Positions 18,701-27,631 of a DNA stretch of 40,793 nt are shown piece by piece. The DNA comes from a virus (Duplodnaviria > Caudoviricetes), in IMG/VR virus record IMGVR_UViG_3300005512_000093, positions 1-40,793 of that record. One strand, given 5' to 3'. Below the pieces are notes generated by a model. It made no database searches, had not been told where the DNA came from, and saw only the letters and a program-made list of their open reading frames with translations. A program made the position numbers and the translations under genes. Position 1 is the stretch's first letter; each line of letters begins with the position of its first letter.

Positions 18701-21700
18701 TGGCGTTAGAACATCGGAGTCCGTCGCGCAGCAAGCCTATTCGACACCGCTCCCTCTCGCCTATGCCGCGAGCCGTCTGGCTGGTATCGGAAGCCTGACT
18801 AAAGCATACGAGCCGACAGCAGGGAATGGTGTGCTGCTCATCGAGGCGTCTCCGAAGAACGCTGTGGTTAACGAGCTGAACGATTACCGGGCAAAGGCAC
18901 TTCAGGATCAGGGGTTCAAGGTCACAAAAAACGACGCATCAGAATATGTTACTGATGAGAAGGTTGACGTGGTGATTGCAAACCCGCCGTTTGGCAGGAT
19001 CAAGGATGATGACGGCCGCGTGCGTGAGTTTGAGGTCTCGGATGTGTACAGCACCAAGGAGATTGACCACGCTATCGCACTGAAGGCGCTGGACGCCATG
19101 AACGATGACGGAAAAGCGGTACTGATTCTTGGGGCCCCGAAGTCGGAGAATAAGGAGGCATTGTCCGAAGGGTACAACAGCAAGGCAAAGCGGGAGTTCT
19201 ACCTGTGGCTGCACCAGCACTACAATGTAGTTGATCACTTCATTATTTCTGGCGATCTTTATCAGAAGCAGGGAGCAGGTTGGCCCGTCGATGTCATCGC
19301 GATCAACGGCAGAGGGAAGTCTGAGATGGTTGTCCCGGCAGCGAACGTTCCGGAGATGATCAGCGATTGGGAAACCTTAAAAGAGAGGGTCAATGACCAT
19401 GCAGAAAACAACACATTTGGAACGGCTGGCGGAAGAGTACAGGGACAGGGCGGTGTTCGTTCTGCAAAAAGCAACTCCGGCCGAGAGAGCGGACACTCTG
19501 CGATGGATGGAGGAAAAGCTTCTGGACCAGGGGATCGACGTGGGGAATCTCAGCGAATCGAACCTATCGAAATCAATGAGCGCCCTGTTTCTCAATCCAC
19601 TAATACTGCACGGGAGACTGTCGAGCCAGCAGATAAAAAACCCGGAACAGATCAAAGAGCCAAGCGACCTACTGGAAGTGCTCGGAGTGTAAAACAAGGA
19701 AAGAGCCAGGTCGCCTACAAGCCTGCGAGCAAATCGAAAGCTGTCGGGACACTTCTGCCGATCAATATGGCCGATGCTGTTTCGTCGGCGCTCGACGATG
19801 TTTCGAACACCTACGGCGACATCGATACATGGGTGGCCTCTGAACTTGGGTACAAGAAGAGCGAACTTTCGAAATACCTCTCCGCAGAGCAGATCGACGC
19901 CATTGCTCTGGCAATCAACAACATCAAGAAGGGTGCGGGGTTCATCATCGGAGATCAGACTGGCGTCGGCAAAGGACGCTTTGTCGCCTCGGTTATTTGG
20001 TGGTCGATCAAGAACGGACACGTCCCTCTGTTTGTAACTGAAAAGCCCGATCTGTTTTCCGACATGTACCGTGACCTTTCCGACACCGGCATTCAGGAGA
20101 TGCTTGGGCGGGAACCAAAGATCCTCATCACCAACTCTGGACAAGACATCGATCTCGGTAACGGAAAAGCCAGGATCAAGACTGCCGACGGCAAAGCACA
20201 CGACGAAGTTCTCTGGAAGTTCGCGAGGGGGGAAGCTGATTACGACATGGTGTTCACCACCTACGCGCAGATGCAGACCGTCAAGAGTGATGAGACCGCA
20301 AGACGGCACGCCATCAACATGATTGCTCCGAGAGCTGTCGTGATTCTTGACGAATCTCACAATGCAGGCGGAACAAAGAAGGCGGGGAAGGCTGAGGTCA
20401 TGGACCGCGCTCAGTTCCTGAGGCACATATCCCGGTCCGCCGTTGCCACGATATTTTCGTCAGCGACCTACGCAAAAAGGCCGGACGTGATGGACCTCTA
20501 TGCATCTACCGATCTCGGCAAGGCCGTCGGGAATGTTGACGAACTCCCTGAACTCATCTCCAGCGGCGGCGTCCCGATGCAGCAGATTATCGCCTCGATG
20601 CTTTCGGAGTCCGGACAGTACATCCGGCGCGAGCGATCTTTCGTTGGCGTCGAATACAAGACCGATCGATCGTCCGTTGATCGAAAGCAGTACGACAAGG
20701 TTTCCGAGATTCTCTCCCTGATCAACCGGTTCAGCGAGTACGTTGCTGCTGCAACCAAGAAGATCGGAAATGACCTGAAGGCAGAAGGCATGCTGGCTAC
20801 CGGAAGCTCTGCTACCGGAGGAGCGGGAGCCGAATCGACCAACTTCACGTCGGTCATGCACAACGTCATAAATCAGATGCTGTTGTCGCTCAAGGCGGAT
20901 CATGCCGCGCAGCTCGCCATCGAGGCGATTAAGGCGGGAGAGAAACCGGTAATTACTGTGGCCGGAACACTTGAATCATTCCACAAGGAAGTCATCGAGG
21001 GTCTTGGTCTGAATGACGGAGACAAAATCAATCTCGGGTTTGGGGATCTCCTACTCCGTTACCTGGACAAATCCAGATGGATTTCGATGCGGAAACCCTT
21101 CATGAAGAAGGGAGAGGGCGCGGAGAAGAAGCGCCTTTCCGATGCAGAGCTTGGCGCAGAAGGAGTCATGCTTTCCAGAAAAATCGCAAAGATGATCAAT
21201 GACAGCGACTTCGGGAACATGCCGGTGTCGCCGATTGACTGGATTCGCTTCAGGATTTCCGAAGCCGGCCATACTGTGGCTGAGATCACCGGCAGGCAGT
21301 CCGTGTTCATGTACAGCAAGTCGGGTGACGCATACCTTGGAAAGCGCCCCCTCTCCGAGCGAGGCGTCAACGGGAATGAGCGTACCAAGACCGGGTTCAA
21401 TGATGGCGGAATCGATGCAGTCATTCTCAACCAGTCCGGTTCAACTGGTATCAGTCTGCACGCCAGCGAGAAGTTCGCCGACAAGCGGCCGCGAGTCATG
21501 ATCATCGCACAAGCGGAGTCAAATATCGACACTCACATGCAGATGCTTGGCCGCGTTCATCGGACCGGACAGGTCGTCGCCCCGAGATACGTGCAGCTCA
21601 TCGCCGATATCCCGGCAGAAATCAGGCCAGCGGCGATCCTTGCCAAGAAGATGGCCAGTCTGAACGCCAATACCACAGCCAGCACCAAGAGTCGGTTTAC

Positions 21701-24700
21701 CAGTGATGATGTCCCGGACCTAATCAACGTATACGGCGACGAGGCCGCCTACGAGCTTCTTATGGAAGAGCCGGACCTGTTACGCAAACTTGGTAGCGAT
21801 CTTATCAAGGAAGGCGACGAGACAAATGAGACGAGCGCGTTTCATGATGTTGCCAGGCGCATGACTGGGCGTATCCCAATGCTTCCCCTCAAGGAGCAGG
21901 AGCGCGTTTACGAACTCCTGATCGGAAAGTTCAACGGCATACTTGAGGACGCCAAGGCTCGCGGAGAGAATGCCCTTGAAGCCCAAACCATGCAGCTTGA
22001 CGCGGAGGTCTTGGAGTCAAAGCAGATTCAGGCGCAGACGGGAAGCAGCCCGTTTCAGGGGTCGGTGCTCATGGAGAAGGTAAGGGTGAATAACCTGAGC
22101 AAGCCGTTCACAACACAGGAGGTACTTTCTCAGGTTTCGGAATCGACCGGGATCAAGGTCGCCGGAGAACCGGTTGATGCTGTTAAGAAAATGCGTGAGG
22201 GCGCTCCGGCGGATTTTATCAAGAAGAAGATCGAGGAGTTCAAGGCGTATCGTGAGGAGTCCGTTTCCGACATCGAAGATTATGAGATCAGAAGAAAAGC
22301 CGAGGACCGCCTGGACGACATTGCGTCAAGGTGGAAGCGCCTTGCCGAATCACTCGTACCCGGTACCGCCGTAGAGCTTCAGGACGTGTTTGGCGTCATC
22401 TATAGCGGCATCGTTACCGAGGTCAAGCAGTCCGGAGACCCGAAGAACCCGCTGGCGCTTTCCACGTGGAGAATGAAGGTCGCGGTGGCCAGTTCCACAA
22501 GGCAGCTCACCATTCCATTCAGCAAGCTCTTTTCCTCAGGGATGAGTCTTGCTGAAAACACGTACTCCGTCCGCGAAATCACCAACGTTGATGGAGTTCC
22601 TGTTATCGATGCGTTTGACCGCCTGAGCGGACTCGACAAGGAAACACGGACCATGATCACTGGCAATATACCGTCAGGGTATGGCATTGCCGGAAAAGGG
22701 ACGATCATCAACTATACGACCTCAGAGGGCGATGTGAGGCGAGGGATTCTTCTCCCTCGCGGCTATAAGCTTGAAAATAAGGGAGTCTCGTTCCTTTCCG
22801 GAGCTCAGATTGTCGAGTTCTTGCGGCAAGGAGGGGTAGCAAAGTCTGCCGATAACGCCGTGAAAGGTGTTTCTGTAGGAAATGGGATGGTCAGGATTGA
22901 GGTTAAAGCCTCGAAAAAGTCCGGAGGTGATTATTTCCTCGACAAGCTACTCACCTCGATTACCGGTGTTTTTGTCAGCGTTGGTGGAGTAATGAGGGCC
23001 GAGGTGTCGGAGGCAAAGGCTGAACAGGCGTTTGACCGAATCCGGGCGCTTGGAGCTACGATCACGCCTGACGGCAAGGCTGATATCGCCAGAAAGATCG
23101 TTACCGGCGAAACTGAGGTCGCCAGCGAGGAAGAGAAAAGTGGTGTCGTAGGGTCGCCGGCCGCGTCCCCGAACAGAAAGCGCACGAAGCCACTGAGCAA
23201 GGACCGCGTATCCCAGGCGTCCGACGTGAACCCTGAGCAAGTTGTCAAGGCCATGGAGGATATTTCCGGGACTCCGATCAGGTACGGGCGAGGATGGTTC
23301 GCCCAGCGTCGTGATGCGGGCTGGTTCAACCTGAAGAATGACTTGATCCGGGTGAAGGTTGCCAATGCTATCGATACCGTGGCGCATGAGATCGGGCACT
23401 CGGTGCACGCCAAGATTGTCGGGTGGAATGTCAGGTTCCCTGCTGAGGTTAACCGAGGGCTCCTCAAGCTCGGCAAGGCCCTCTACGGAAGCCGAAAGCC
23501 GAATGGCGGGTATGCTCGGGAGGGGTTTGCCGAGTTCTTTGCCAAGAAGATTATGGGCGACGACACAGCCAAGAGCTTCCCGGCGATCGACAAGTGGTTC
23601 GAGGACGAGGTGCTTGCCAAGCATCCCGATATGGCGAAACGGTTCAAGGCGGCGCAGGATATGTACCGCCAATGGGATGAGCAGGGTGCCATCGGTCGTG
23701 TTGCGGCCATGGTCCAGAGAGTGCAGACTGGACCTATGGGAAAGCTCAAGACGGCTTACGAGGCTCTGAGCAAGCTGCTTACGAAGCGCATGTGGGTCAA
23801 TGACGCAGCGCAGCTCGAAAAGGTCGTAGACCAGCTTATGAAGGAAACTGGTGTCAGTCTTAACCCGACAGAGAACCCGGCAACCATGCGGGCGGCGCTG
23901 AAGATGAGTGCGCCCGGCACGGCACGGAGGTTCATTTACAACCATGCGCTGAACATCAAGGGCGATATTGTTGGCAAATCCCTGGTGGATTACCTCAAGC
24001 CGATCAAGGATCGCTTGGAGGACTTTACTGCCTATGCCATTGCCGCAAGAGCCATGGTGCTGCATGCACGCGGTATCAACCCAGGCATCTCCATCGAGGA
24101 CGCGGAATATACTGTCGGCCAGCTCAAATCGCCAGAGTTCGAGGATGCGCTCAAAGGCGTTACCGAGTGGTCGAACCACCTCATCGATTACGTGGTTGAG
24201 GCCGGCGGCCTGAGCCCGGACGCAGCTAAAGCAATGCGCGATCTCAACCCGATCTACGTGCCGTTCAAGAGGTTCTTCGATGAACGGTATCTGGGCGGAG
24301 CCAAGGGCGCATCGAGCAAGACACATGGGATCAAGCGCATGAAGGGGTCCGGCCGTCGTATCATGGACCCCATCGACATGATGATGCTTCAGGCAGAACA
24401 GATGATCCGGTTCGGTAACGAGCTGTTGGTTTCCAAGGCCATCATCAAGGCAACTGAGAAGATCGAAGGTGCCACAGGAAAGGGCGAGGTTGCCAGCGTC
24501 GGCTGGTTCGCCAACAAGGTGCAAGCCCCTATGGCAGCACAGTCGTTCTCGGCGGAGAGCATCCAGCGGCAGCTTGAGGAGATCGGCGCAAACCTTGAGG
24601 ACGCCGACATGAACCAGATGCTTCAGGTGTTCAGCACAGCCTATAAGCCCACAGGAAAGGATAATATTGTCGCGATCTGGCGCAACGGCAAGCGGGAGTT

Positions 24701-26243
24701 CTGGGAGGTTGATCCGGAGGTGTATCGTGTAGTCATGGAGATGGACAAAGATCACCTGCCATACTTCCTGACCGCAATGTTCGGGCCAGCAAAGCGGTTG
24801 GTGCAGCTCGGGGCTGTCGGCCTTAATGCGGCCTTTGGGGCAATCAAGAACCCGATCAGGGACACTGCCGAGCGGGCAGTTTACGGACAGGCAAAGAGTT
24901 CGCCGGTCGATACGTTCGTTCACGGTTTCTGGGAGGACTTGAAAAAGGGGGAGTCGGCTGAGTTGTGGAAGAACCTCGGTGGAGAGATCGCCACGCTCAT
25001 GGGTCAAGACAGGATTCAGGCACGCGGCTACCTCGAAGAAGGTCTTGCGGACACCACGAGCGAGAAGGCGAAGCAAATCGCTATGCACCCGATTGATGCT
25101 CTGCGGCGGCTGTTCGGCTTCTACGAATCATCTCCGAGGATTGCGGAGTTCAAGGCGGTGCTTGAAAAAGCGGAAGAAAAGTACGGTAAGGGGTCGATGG
25201 ATGCCCGCATTGAGGCGCTGCTTGCGTCGAAGGACGTGACTACGAACTTCACCAGGGGTGGGATAATCGCCACGGCGCTCAATGGAATGATACCGTTCTT
25301 CAATGCTTCAGTTCAGGGCACCAGCAAGTTCGCTCGGGCGTTCAGCGGGGCAAATGGGCAGAAGTACGCGGTCCGTGCGCTTGGACATGCAATTGCCTAC
25401 ATCACCGTCCCATCACTAATGCTGGCGTTCATCAATAAGGATGAGGACTGGTACGACGAGCTGCAGAAGTGGGAGCGCATGGCGTACTGGCATTTCTCGC
25501 TCGACGGAGGAAAGACCATCGTCCGCATTCCTAAACCATTCCAGCTCGGCTATGTGTTCGGATCGATACCGCAGGAACTGTTTGTATCGGCGTACAAGAA
25601 TCAGCCGGAGCTTGCGTCCGAGGCTTTGTGGGAAACGCTGAAAGGGTTCCTGCCGGCATCAAATCCTCTTGAGTTGCTTCCTGCTCTGGTTAAGCCATCG
25701 GTAGAGGCCTGGTCGAATTTTGACTCGTTCCGCGAAAAAAGCATCGTTCCGTTCTACGAAGAAAAGTACAAAATGCCGAAGGACCAGTACGGTCGGTACC
25801 AGACCGAGACAGCCAAGTGGATCGGAGAGATGTTGCACGTGTCGCCTCGAAAGGTTGAGCACGTCATTTCTGGCCAGACCGGAAACTACGGCATGAATGC
25901 AATCCGCCTCGCCGAATCTCTGGTCGGCATACGCAAGGAGCTTGGCCGTCAGGGCGGCGCAAACGAGATCCCTGTCATCGGAACACTGTTCTCTCGCAAC
26001 CCCTACTACAACGGCAGGTCGGTGGATAAGATGTACGAGATGAGGGACGAGCTGGCGCAGAAGAAGGGATCGAAGAGCTTGTCCGGAGAAGAGCGACACC
26101 AGCTTCACCGCCTTGAGTTCGCGGCAAAGCGGATCGGGAAGATCAGGGAGCGGATGTTCTCCGGGCAGATTGATGAGGATGAAGCCGCCAAGAGAATAAC
26201 CAGTATTGCAAGGCGGTCATTGGGAAAGCCGCCCGTAAAATAA
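15795..26243 (+). CDS. Giant polyvalent ejection protein (~3,482 aa): N6-adenine MTase + strawberry-notch-type SF2 helicase + HExxH metallopeptidase + LPD38-like C-terminus (DarB-like architecture)
   Basis: EPTAGNG (~18810) and NPPF (~18981); GDQTGVGKGR (~19950), DESH (~20349) and QMLGRVHR (~21540); HEIGH (~23385) followed by EGFAE; W..YWHF...IPKPFQLG near the C-terminus. Start chosen at the first ATG after the upstream stop. Confidence 0.85.
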   Translation: MAQTTSDRLYDFLVKNVDDVPDRQSFNASMQDKGKREQLHSFMQQHFDDIPDFEKFDTSLGSRNRTIPEKVVDTASSVGDWGQGAAGGAVSSVKNLPNTVRKGYAQGKFATAINEANPNPDQVSQAYAETQRLNTELPKTDSAKMLESGMSSWDVFSRNPVGFIVDVGAESIAGMAPEAIKSAPGIVAGSMATGAAAGAVGLGAPTGGLGTAPGAAGGAVIGAEASVPLIAYNASAVQKQAELFVQELASRGVNMNDPNAIKTAFSNPSLIREIKAKVALPSSITGFFDGLSALAGGSIESAVSSAAARRGAGKAASRAAGEVADFGFQASAGMAGEGGAQVAYSGKITSPDDIIAEGLAETPVLGMASRVAKKVASGAAQGTVSMAERVQQKLAERNAAQGLQFGVAQSGVPVQPQAVIEQQPAAVTTQPPIQQKQAKPEPQGVVAPPQVTTPVVAPDPIVSDTQPEPTTVEPQVPQGATPDPVQPAQTLKAEPVAPLVPQEPAKPSERPQESENGFASWWEGMNAKEQEQAFQAVGEIGTGGVATKASDLPINGITKKIEGLHDQGWSPAKQPEPEQDAVTPPKASIAPSQQDDAPQQAKKEPWETRSQDWFDYKFGQLSKKEQAQVLGGEEGVVTVEQLRAQTDAEHRQAVERALSEGKHVPQEVIDEDPSLKKQAVFVKAKQKKLQQKKDEQARDKNGHRMRDWSETKIPNPDETGIDADDDGGKTKRDFLSDASRYAKTVADLLAERGFAPGLDRNGKKSKSVHINEAGPASSGDVSVTVYHEDGRGIHMNIGTTLAGPKGGISIMARAAHKTDDPFGARSQNKWLPVALPAGKMADMLEELSGTRKPAVPQQEPKEGTGEVGSKSEPTTGQKPHPSATERKRPIEEKLVEKLIDGGFSSITEARKWYETETGKKIEPGSIEAKAFDEMVEIASVQAARQLVADNDFSGAYDKLVELYKNMPRLGVRTSESVAQQAYSTPLPLAYAASRLAGIGSLTKAYEPTAGNGVLLIEASPKNAVVNELNDYRAKALQDQGFKVTKNDASEYVTDEKVDVVIANPPFGRIKDDDGRVREFEVSDVYSTKEIDHAIALKALDAMNDDGKAVLILGAPKSENKEALSEGYNSKAKREFYLWLHQHYNVVDHFIISGDLYQKQGAGWPVDVIAINGRGKSEMVVPAANVPEMISDWETLKERVNDHAENNTFGTAGGRVQGQGGVRSAKSNSGRESGHSAMDGGKASGPGDRRGESQRIEPIEINERPVSQSTNTARETVEPADKKPGTDQRAKRPTGSARSVKQGKSQVAYKPASKSKAVGTLLPINMADAVSSALDDVSNTYGDIDTWVASELGYKKSELSKYLSAEQIDAIALAINNIKKGAGFIIGDQTGVGKGRFVASVIWWSIKNGHVPLFVTEKPDLFSDMYRDLSDTGIQEMLGREPKILITNSGQDIDLGNGKARIKTADGKAHDEVLWKFARGEADYDMVFTTYAQMQTVKSDETARRHAINMIAPRAVVILDESHNAGGTKKAGKAEVMDRAQFLRHISRSAVATIFSSATYAKRPDVMDLYASTDLGKAVGNVDELPELISSGGVPMQQIIASMLSESGQYIRRERSFVGVEYKTDRSSVDRKQYDKVSEILSLINRFSEYVAAATKKIGNDLKAEGMLATGSSATGGAGAESTNFTSVMHNVINQMLLSLKADHAAQLAIEAIKAGEKPVITVAGTLESFHKEVIEGLGLNDGDKINLGFGDLLLRYLDKSRWISMRKPFMKKGEGAEKKRLSDAELGAEGVMLSRKIAKMINDSDFGNMPVSPIDWIRFRISEAGHTVAEITGRQSVFMYSKSGDAYLGKRPLSERGVNGNERTKTGFNDGGIDAVILNQSGSTGISLHASEKFADKRPRVMIIAQAESNIDTHMQMLGRVHRTGQVVAPRYVQLIADIPAEIRPAAILAKKMASLNANTTASTKSRFTSDDVPDLINVYGDEAAYELLMEEPDLLRKLGSDLIKEGDETNETSAFHDVARRMTGRIPMLPLKEQERVYELLIGKFNGILEDAKARGENALEAQTMQLDAEVLESKQIQAQTGSSPFQGSVLMEKVRVNNLSKPFTTQEVLSQVSESTGIKVAGEPVDAVKKMREGAPADFIKKKIEEFKAYREESVSDIEDYEIRRKAEDRLDDIASRWKRLAESLVPGTAVELQDVFGVIYSGIVTEVKQSGDPKNPLALSTWRMKVAVASSTRQLTIPFSKLFSSGMSLAENTYSVREITNVDGVPVIDAFDRLSGLDKETRTMITGNIPSGYGIAGKGTIINYTTSEGDVRRGILLPRGYKLENKGVSFLSGAQIVEFLRQGGVAKSADNAVKGVSVGNGMVRIEVKASKKSGGDYFLDKLLTSITGVFVSVGGVMRAEVSEAKAEQAFDRIRALGATITPDGKADIARKIVTGETEVASEEEKSGVVGSPAASPNRKRTKPLSKDRVSQASDVNPEQVVKAMEDISGTPIRYGRGWFAQRRDAGWFNLKNDLIRVKVANAIDTVAHEIGHSVHAKIVGWNVRFPAEVNRGLLKLGKALYGSRKPNGGYAREGFAEFFAKKIMGDDTAKSFPAIDKWFEDEVLAKHPDMAKRFKAAQDMYRQWDEQGAIGRVAAMVQRVQTGPMGKLKTAYEALSKLLTKRMWVNDAAQLEKVVDQLMKETGVSLNPTENPATMRAALKMSAPGTARRFIYNHALNIKGDIVGKSLVDYLKPIKDRLEDFTAYAIAARAMVLHARGINPGISIEDAEYTVGQLKSPEFEDALKGVTEWSNHLIDYVVEAGGLSPDAAKAMRDLNPIYVPFKRFFDERYLGGAKGASSKTHGIKRMKGSGRRIMDPIDMMMLQAEQMIRFGNELLVSKAIIKATEKIEGATGKGEVASVGWFANKVQAPMAAQSFSAESIQRQLEEIGANLEDADMNQMLQVFSTAYKPTGKDNIVAIWRNGKREFWEVDPEVYRVVMEMDKDHLPYFLTAMFGPAKRLVQLGAVGLNAAFGAIKNPIRDTAERAVYGQAKSSPVDTFVHGFWEDLKKGESAELWKNLGGEIATLMGQDRIQARGYLEEGLADTTSEKAKQIAMHPIDALRRLFGFYESSPRIAEFKAVLEKAEEKYGKGSMDARIEALLASKDVTTNFTRGGIIATALNGMIPFFNASVQGTSKFARAFSGANGQKYAVRALGHAIAYITVPSLMLAFINKDEDWYDELQKWERMAYWHFSLDGGKTIVRIPKPFQLGYVFGSIPQELFVSAYKNQPELASEALWETLKGFLPASNPLELLPALVKPSVEAWSNFDSFREKSIVPFYEEKYKMPKDQYGRYQTETAKWIGEMLHVSPRKVEHVISGQTGNYGMNAIRLAESLVGIRKELGRQGGANEIPVIGTLFSRNPYYNGRSVDKMYEMRDELAQKKGSKSLSGEERHQLHRLEFAAKRIGKIRERMFSGQIDEDEAAKRITSIARRSLGKPPVK
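19393..19692 (+). CDS. Nested overlapping gene (+1 frame, 99 aa) inside the giant protein's linker
   Basis: SD-like AAGAGAGGG before ATG-ACC-ATG; amphipathic helical product; the host frame is low-complexity exactly over this interval. Confidence 0.65.
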   Translation: MTMQKTTHLERLAEEYRDRAVFVLQKATPAERADTLRWMEEKLLDQGIDVGNLSESNLSKSMSALFLNPLILHGRLSSQQIKNPEQIKEPSDLLEVLGV

Positions 26244-26249
26244 TTTCGT

Positions 26250-26281
26250 CTGTTTGAACTCCCTGTCGCAAGCGGTAAGAT
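26250..26281 (+). promoter_or_regulatory. Putative late promoter 3 (CTGTTTGAA-N17-TAAGAT)
   Basis: Third copy of the motif, intergenic, upstream of the tail fibre/DGR/lysis block. Confidence 0.6.
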
Positions 26282-26305
26282 TTCAAAAACCGAAACCTTA
26301 CCGCC

Positions 26306-27631
26306 ATGGCAACACCTCTTGTTTCTCCGATCTTCTATGCGTGGCACCCGGACACCGGCTTTCCGCTTGCCGCCGGCCAGGTGTTCACCTACATTTCTGG
26401 CACGACAACTCCGAAATCCAGCTATATGGACGTCGGTGCTGTTGTTGAAAACGCCAACCCGGTAGTTCTTAATGACGCAGGGTATGCCCCGATATTTCTT
26501 GAGGGGTCGTACCGAATTGTTATCAGGGATGCTGATGGCGTGCAGCTCTATGCTTTTGATGACGTGTCAGACTTGACTCCGAAGGTTGAAAGTGAATGGG
26601 TTCTTCCGACAAACGCCACCTACCTTTCCCCTACCTCATTCCGCGTTTCTGGCGATATGACGGCGACATTTACTGCGGGCAGGGCGCTTCGCCTGGTCGA
26701 TGTCGGCGCATTTGTTGCCTATGTTGAGTCCTCCTCGTATTCCGGAGGAGCGACGACGGTCTCCTTCTATGGGTCCGGCACTATCACAGCGGCACTGTCA
26801 ATCGTTTCTGTCGGCCTTATCAGCGTCGCTCCCCTTTCAACACTGAGTACAGGGATCGCTATTTGCGGCGGACGATCAACGGCGATCCGCGGTTCTGCTC
26901 TCTACGCCGTTAATGGCGCGATTGGCGGGACGCCAGACTATCTCGACGGAATTGATGGACTGACCGGTGGGCCTACAGTGAACGGACAGCCTACGCCACT
27001 GCAAACGGGAGATCTTGGTGTTGTTGCCGATCCTGATGGCGACTCAGTTACTGTGTTCGTCATGGATGCCGAGGATGGCGGTTCAGCTGACGGCGAAGAC
27101 GTTATTGCTCCGTCACTGAATGGAGGATTGAAGCGGTGGAAGCGGAAGGAGTCCTACTTCAATGAAGCTCGCGTGATGGACAACGTCTACCCTGTCGGCA
27201 GGATTATTTCAACCTACACGTCAACCAATCCTTCAGCGTCAAGAGATTCTGGCGGGATGGGGTACCCGGGGACATGGGAGCTTTGGGGTGTAGGGAGGAC
27301 ACCGATCTGCGTTGATTCCGCTGACGAACTGCTCAGCACAGCAGGCAACACAGGCGGAAGCAAGGACGCCGTGCTTGTAGAGCACACCCACACTGCGACA
27401 TCCGAAGTGACTGACCCCGGCCACTCCCATACTTACACCAGGACGCCGCGCGCTCAGAATTGTAACAATGAGAATGACGCGACCGGGACAGGATCAGAAT
27501 ACTCATCTGACACAGGCAAAGCGTTTACCGGCATCACTGTCGCAACAGCAAATGCGGCTGTTGGTGTGTCTGGAACGAACGCAAATCTTCAACCCTATAT
27601 CTGCGAGTATCGCTGGAGGAGGACCGCCTAA
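26306..27631 (+). CDS. Tail appendage protein (virion-binding N-terminus, T4 gp10-like C-terminal domain)
   Basis: GFPLAAGQVFTYISGTTTPK...NANPVVLNDAG; YPVGRI...GTWELWGVGR...GGSKDA...HTH...HSH...NLQPYICEYRWRRTA. Confidence 0.75.
   Translation: MATPLVSPIFYAWHPDTGFPLAAGQVFTYISGTTTPKSSYMDVGAVVENANPVVLNDAGYAPIFLEGSYRIVIRDADGVQLYAFDDVSDLTPKVESEWVLPTNATYLSPTSFRVSGDMTATFTAGRALRLVDVGAFVAYVESSSYSGGATTVSFYGSGTITAALSIVSVGLISVAPLSTLSTGIAICGGRSTAIRGSALYAVNGAIGGTPDYLDGIDGLTGGPTVNGQPTPLQTGDLGVVADPDGDSVTVFVMDAEDGGSADGEDVIAPSLNGGLKRWKRKESYFNEARVMDNVYPVGRIISTYTSTNPSASRDSGGMGYPGTWELWGVGRTPICVDSADELLSTAGNTGGSKDAVLVEHTHTATSEVTDPGHSHTYTRTPRAQNCNNENDATGTGSEYSSDTGKAFTGITVATANAAVGVSGTNANLQPYICEYRWRRTA

Noticed and set aside
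22947-25088. 713-aa minus-strand ORF (also 8362-9351, 19377-20426, 4668-5399)
   Set aside because: Antisense shadows of strongly codon-biased + strand genes; no motifs, and an unnatural Leu/His/Arg-rich composition.
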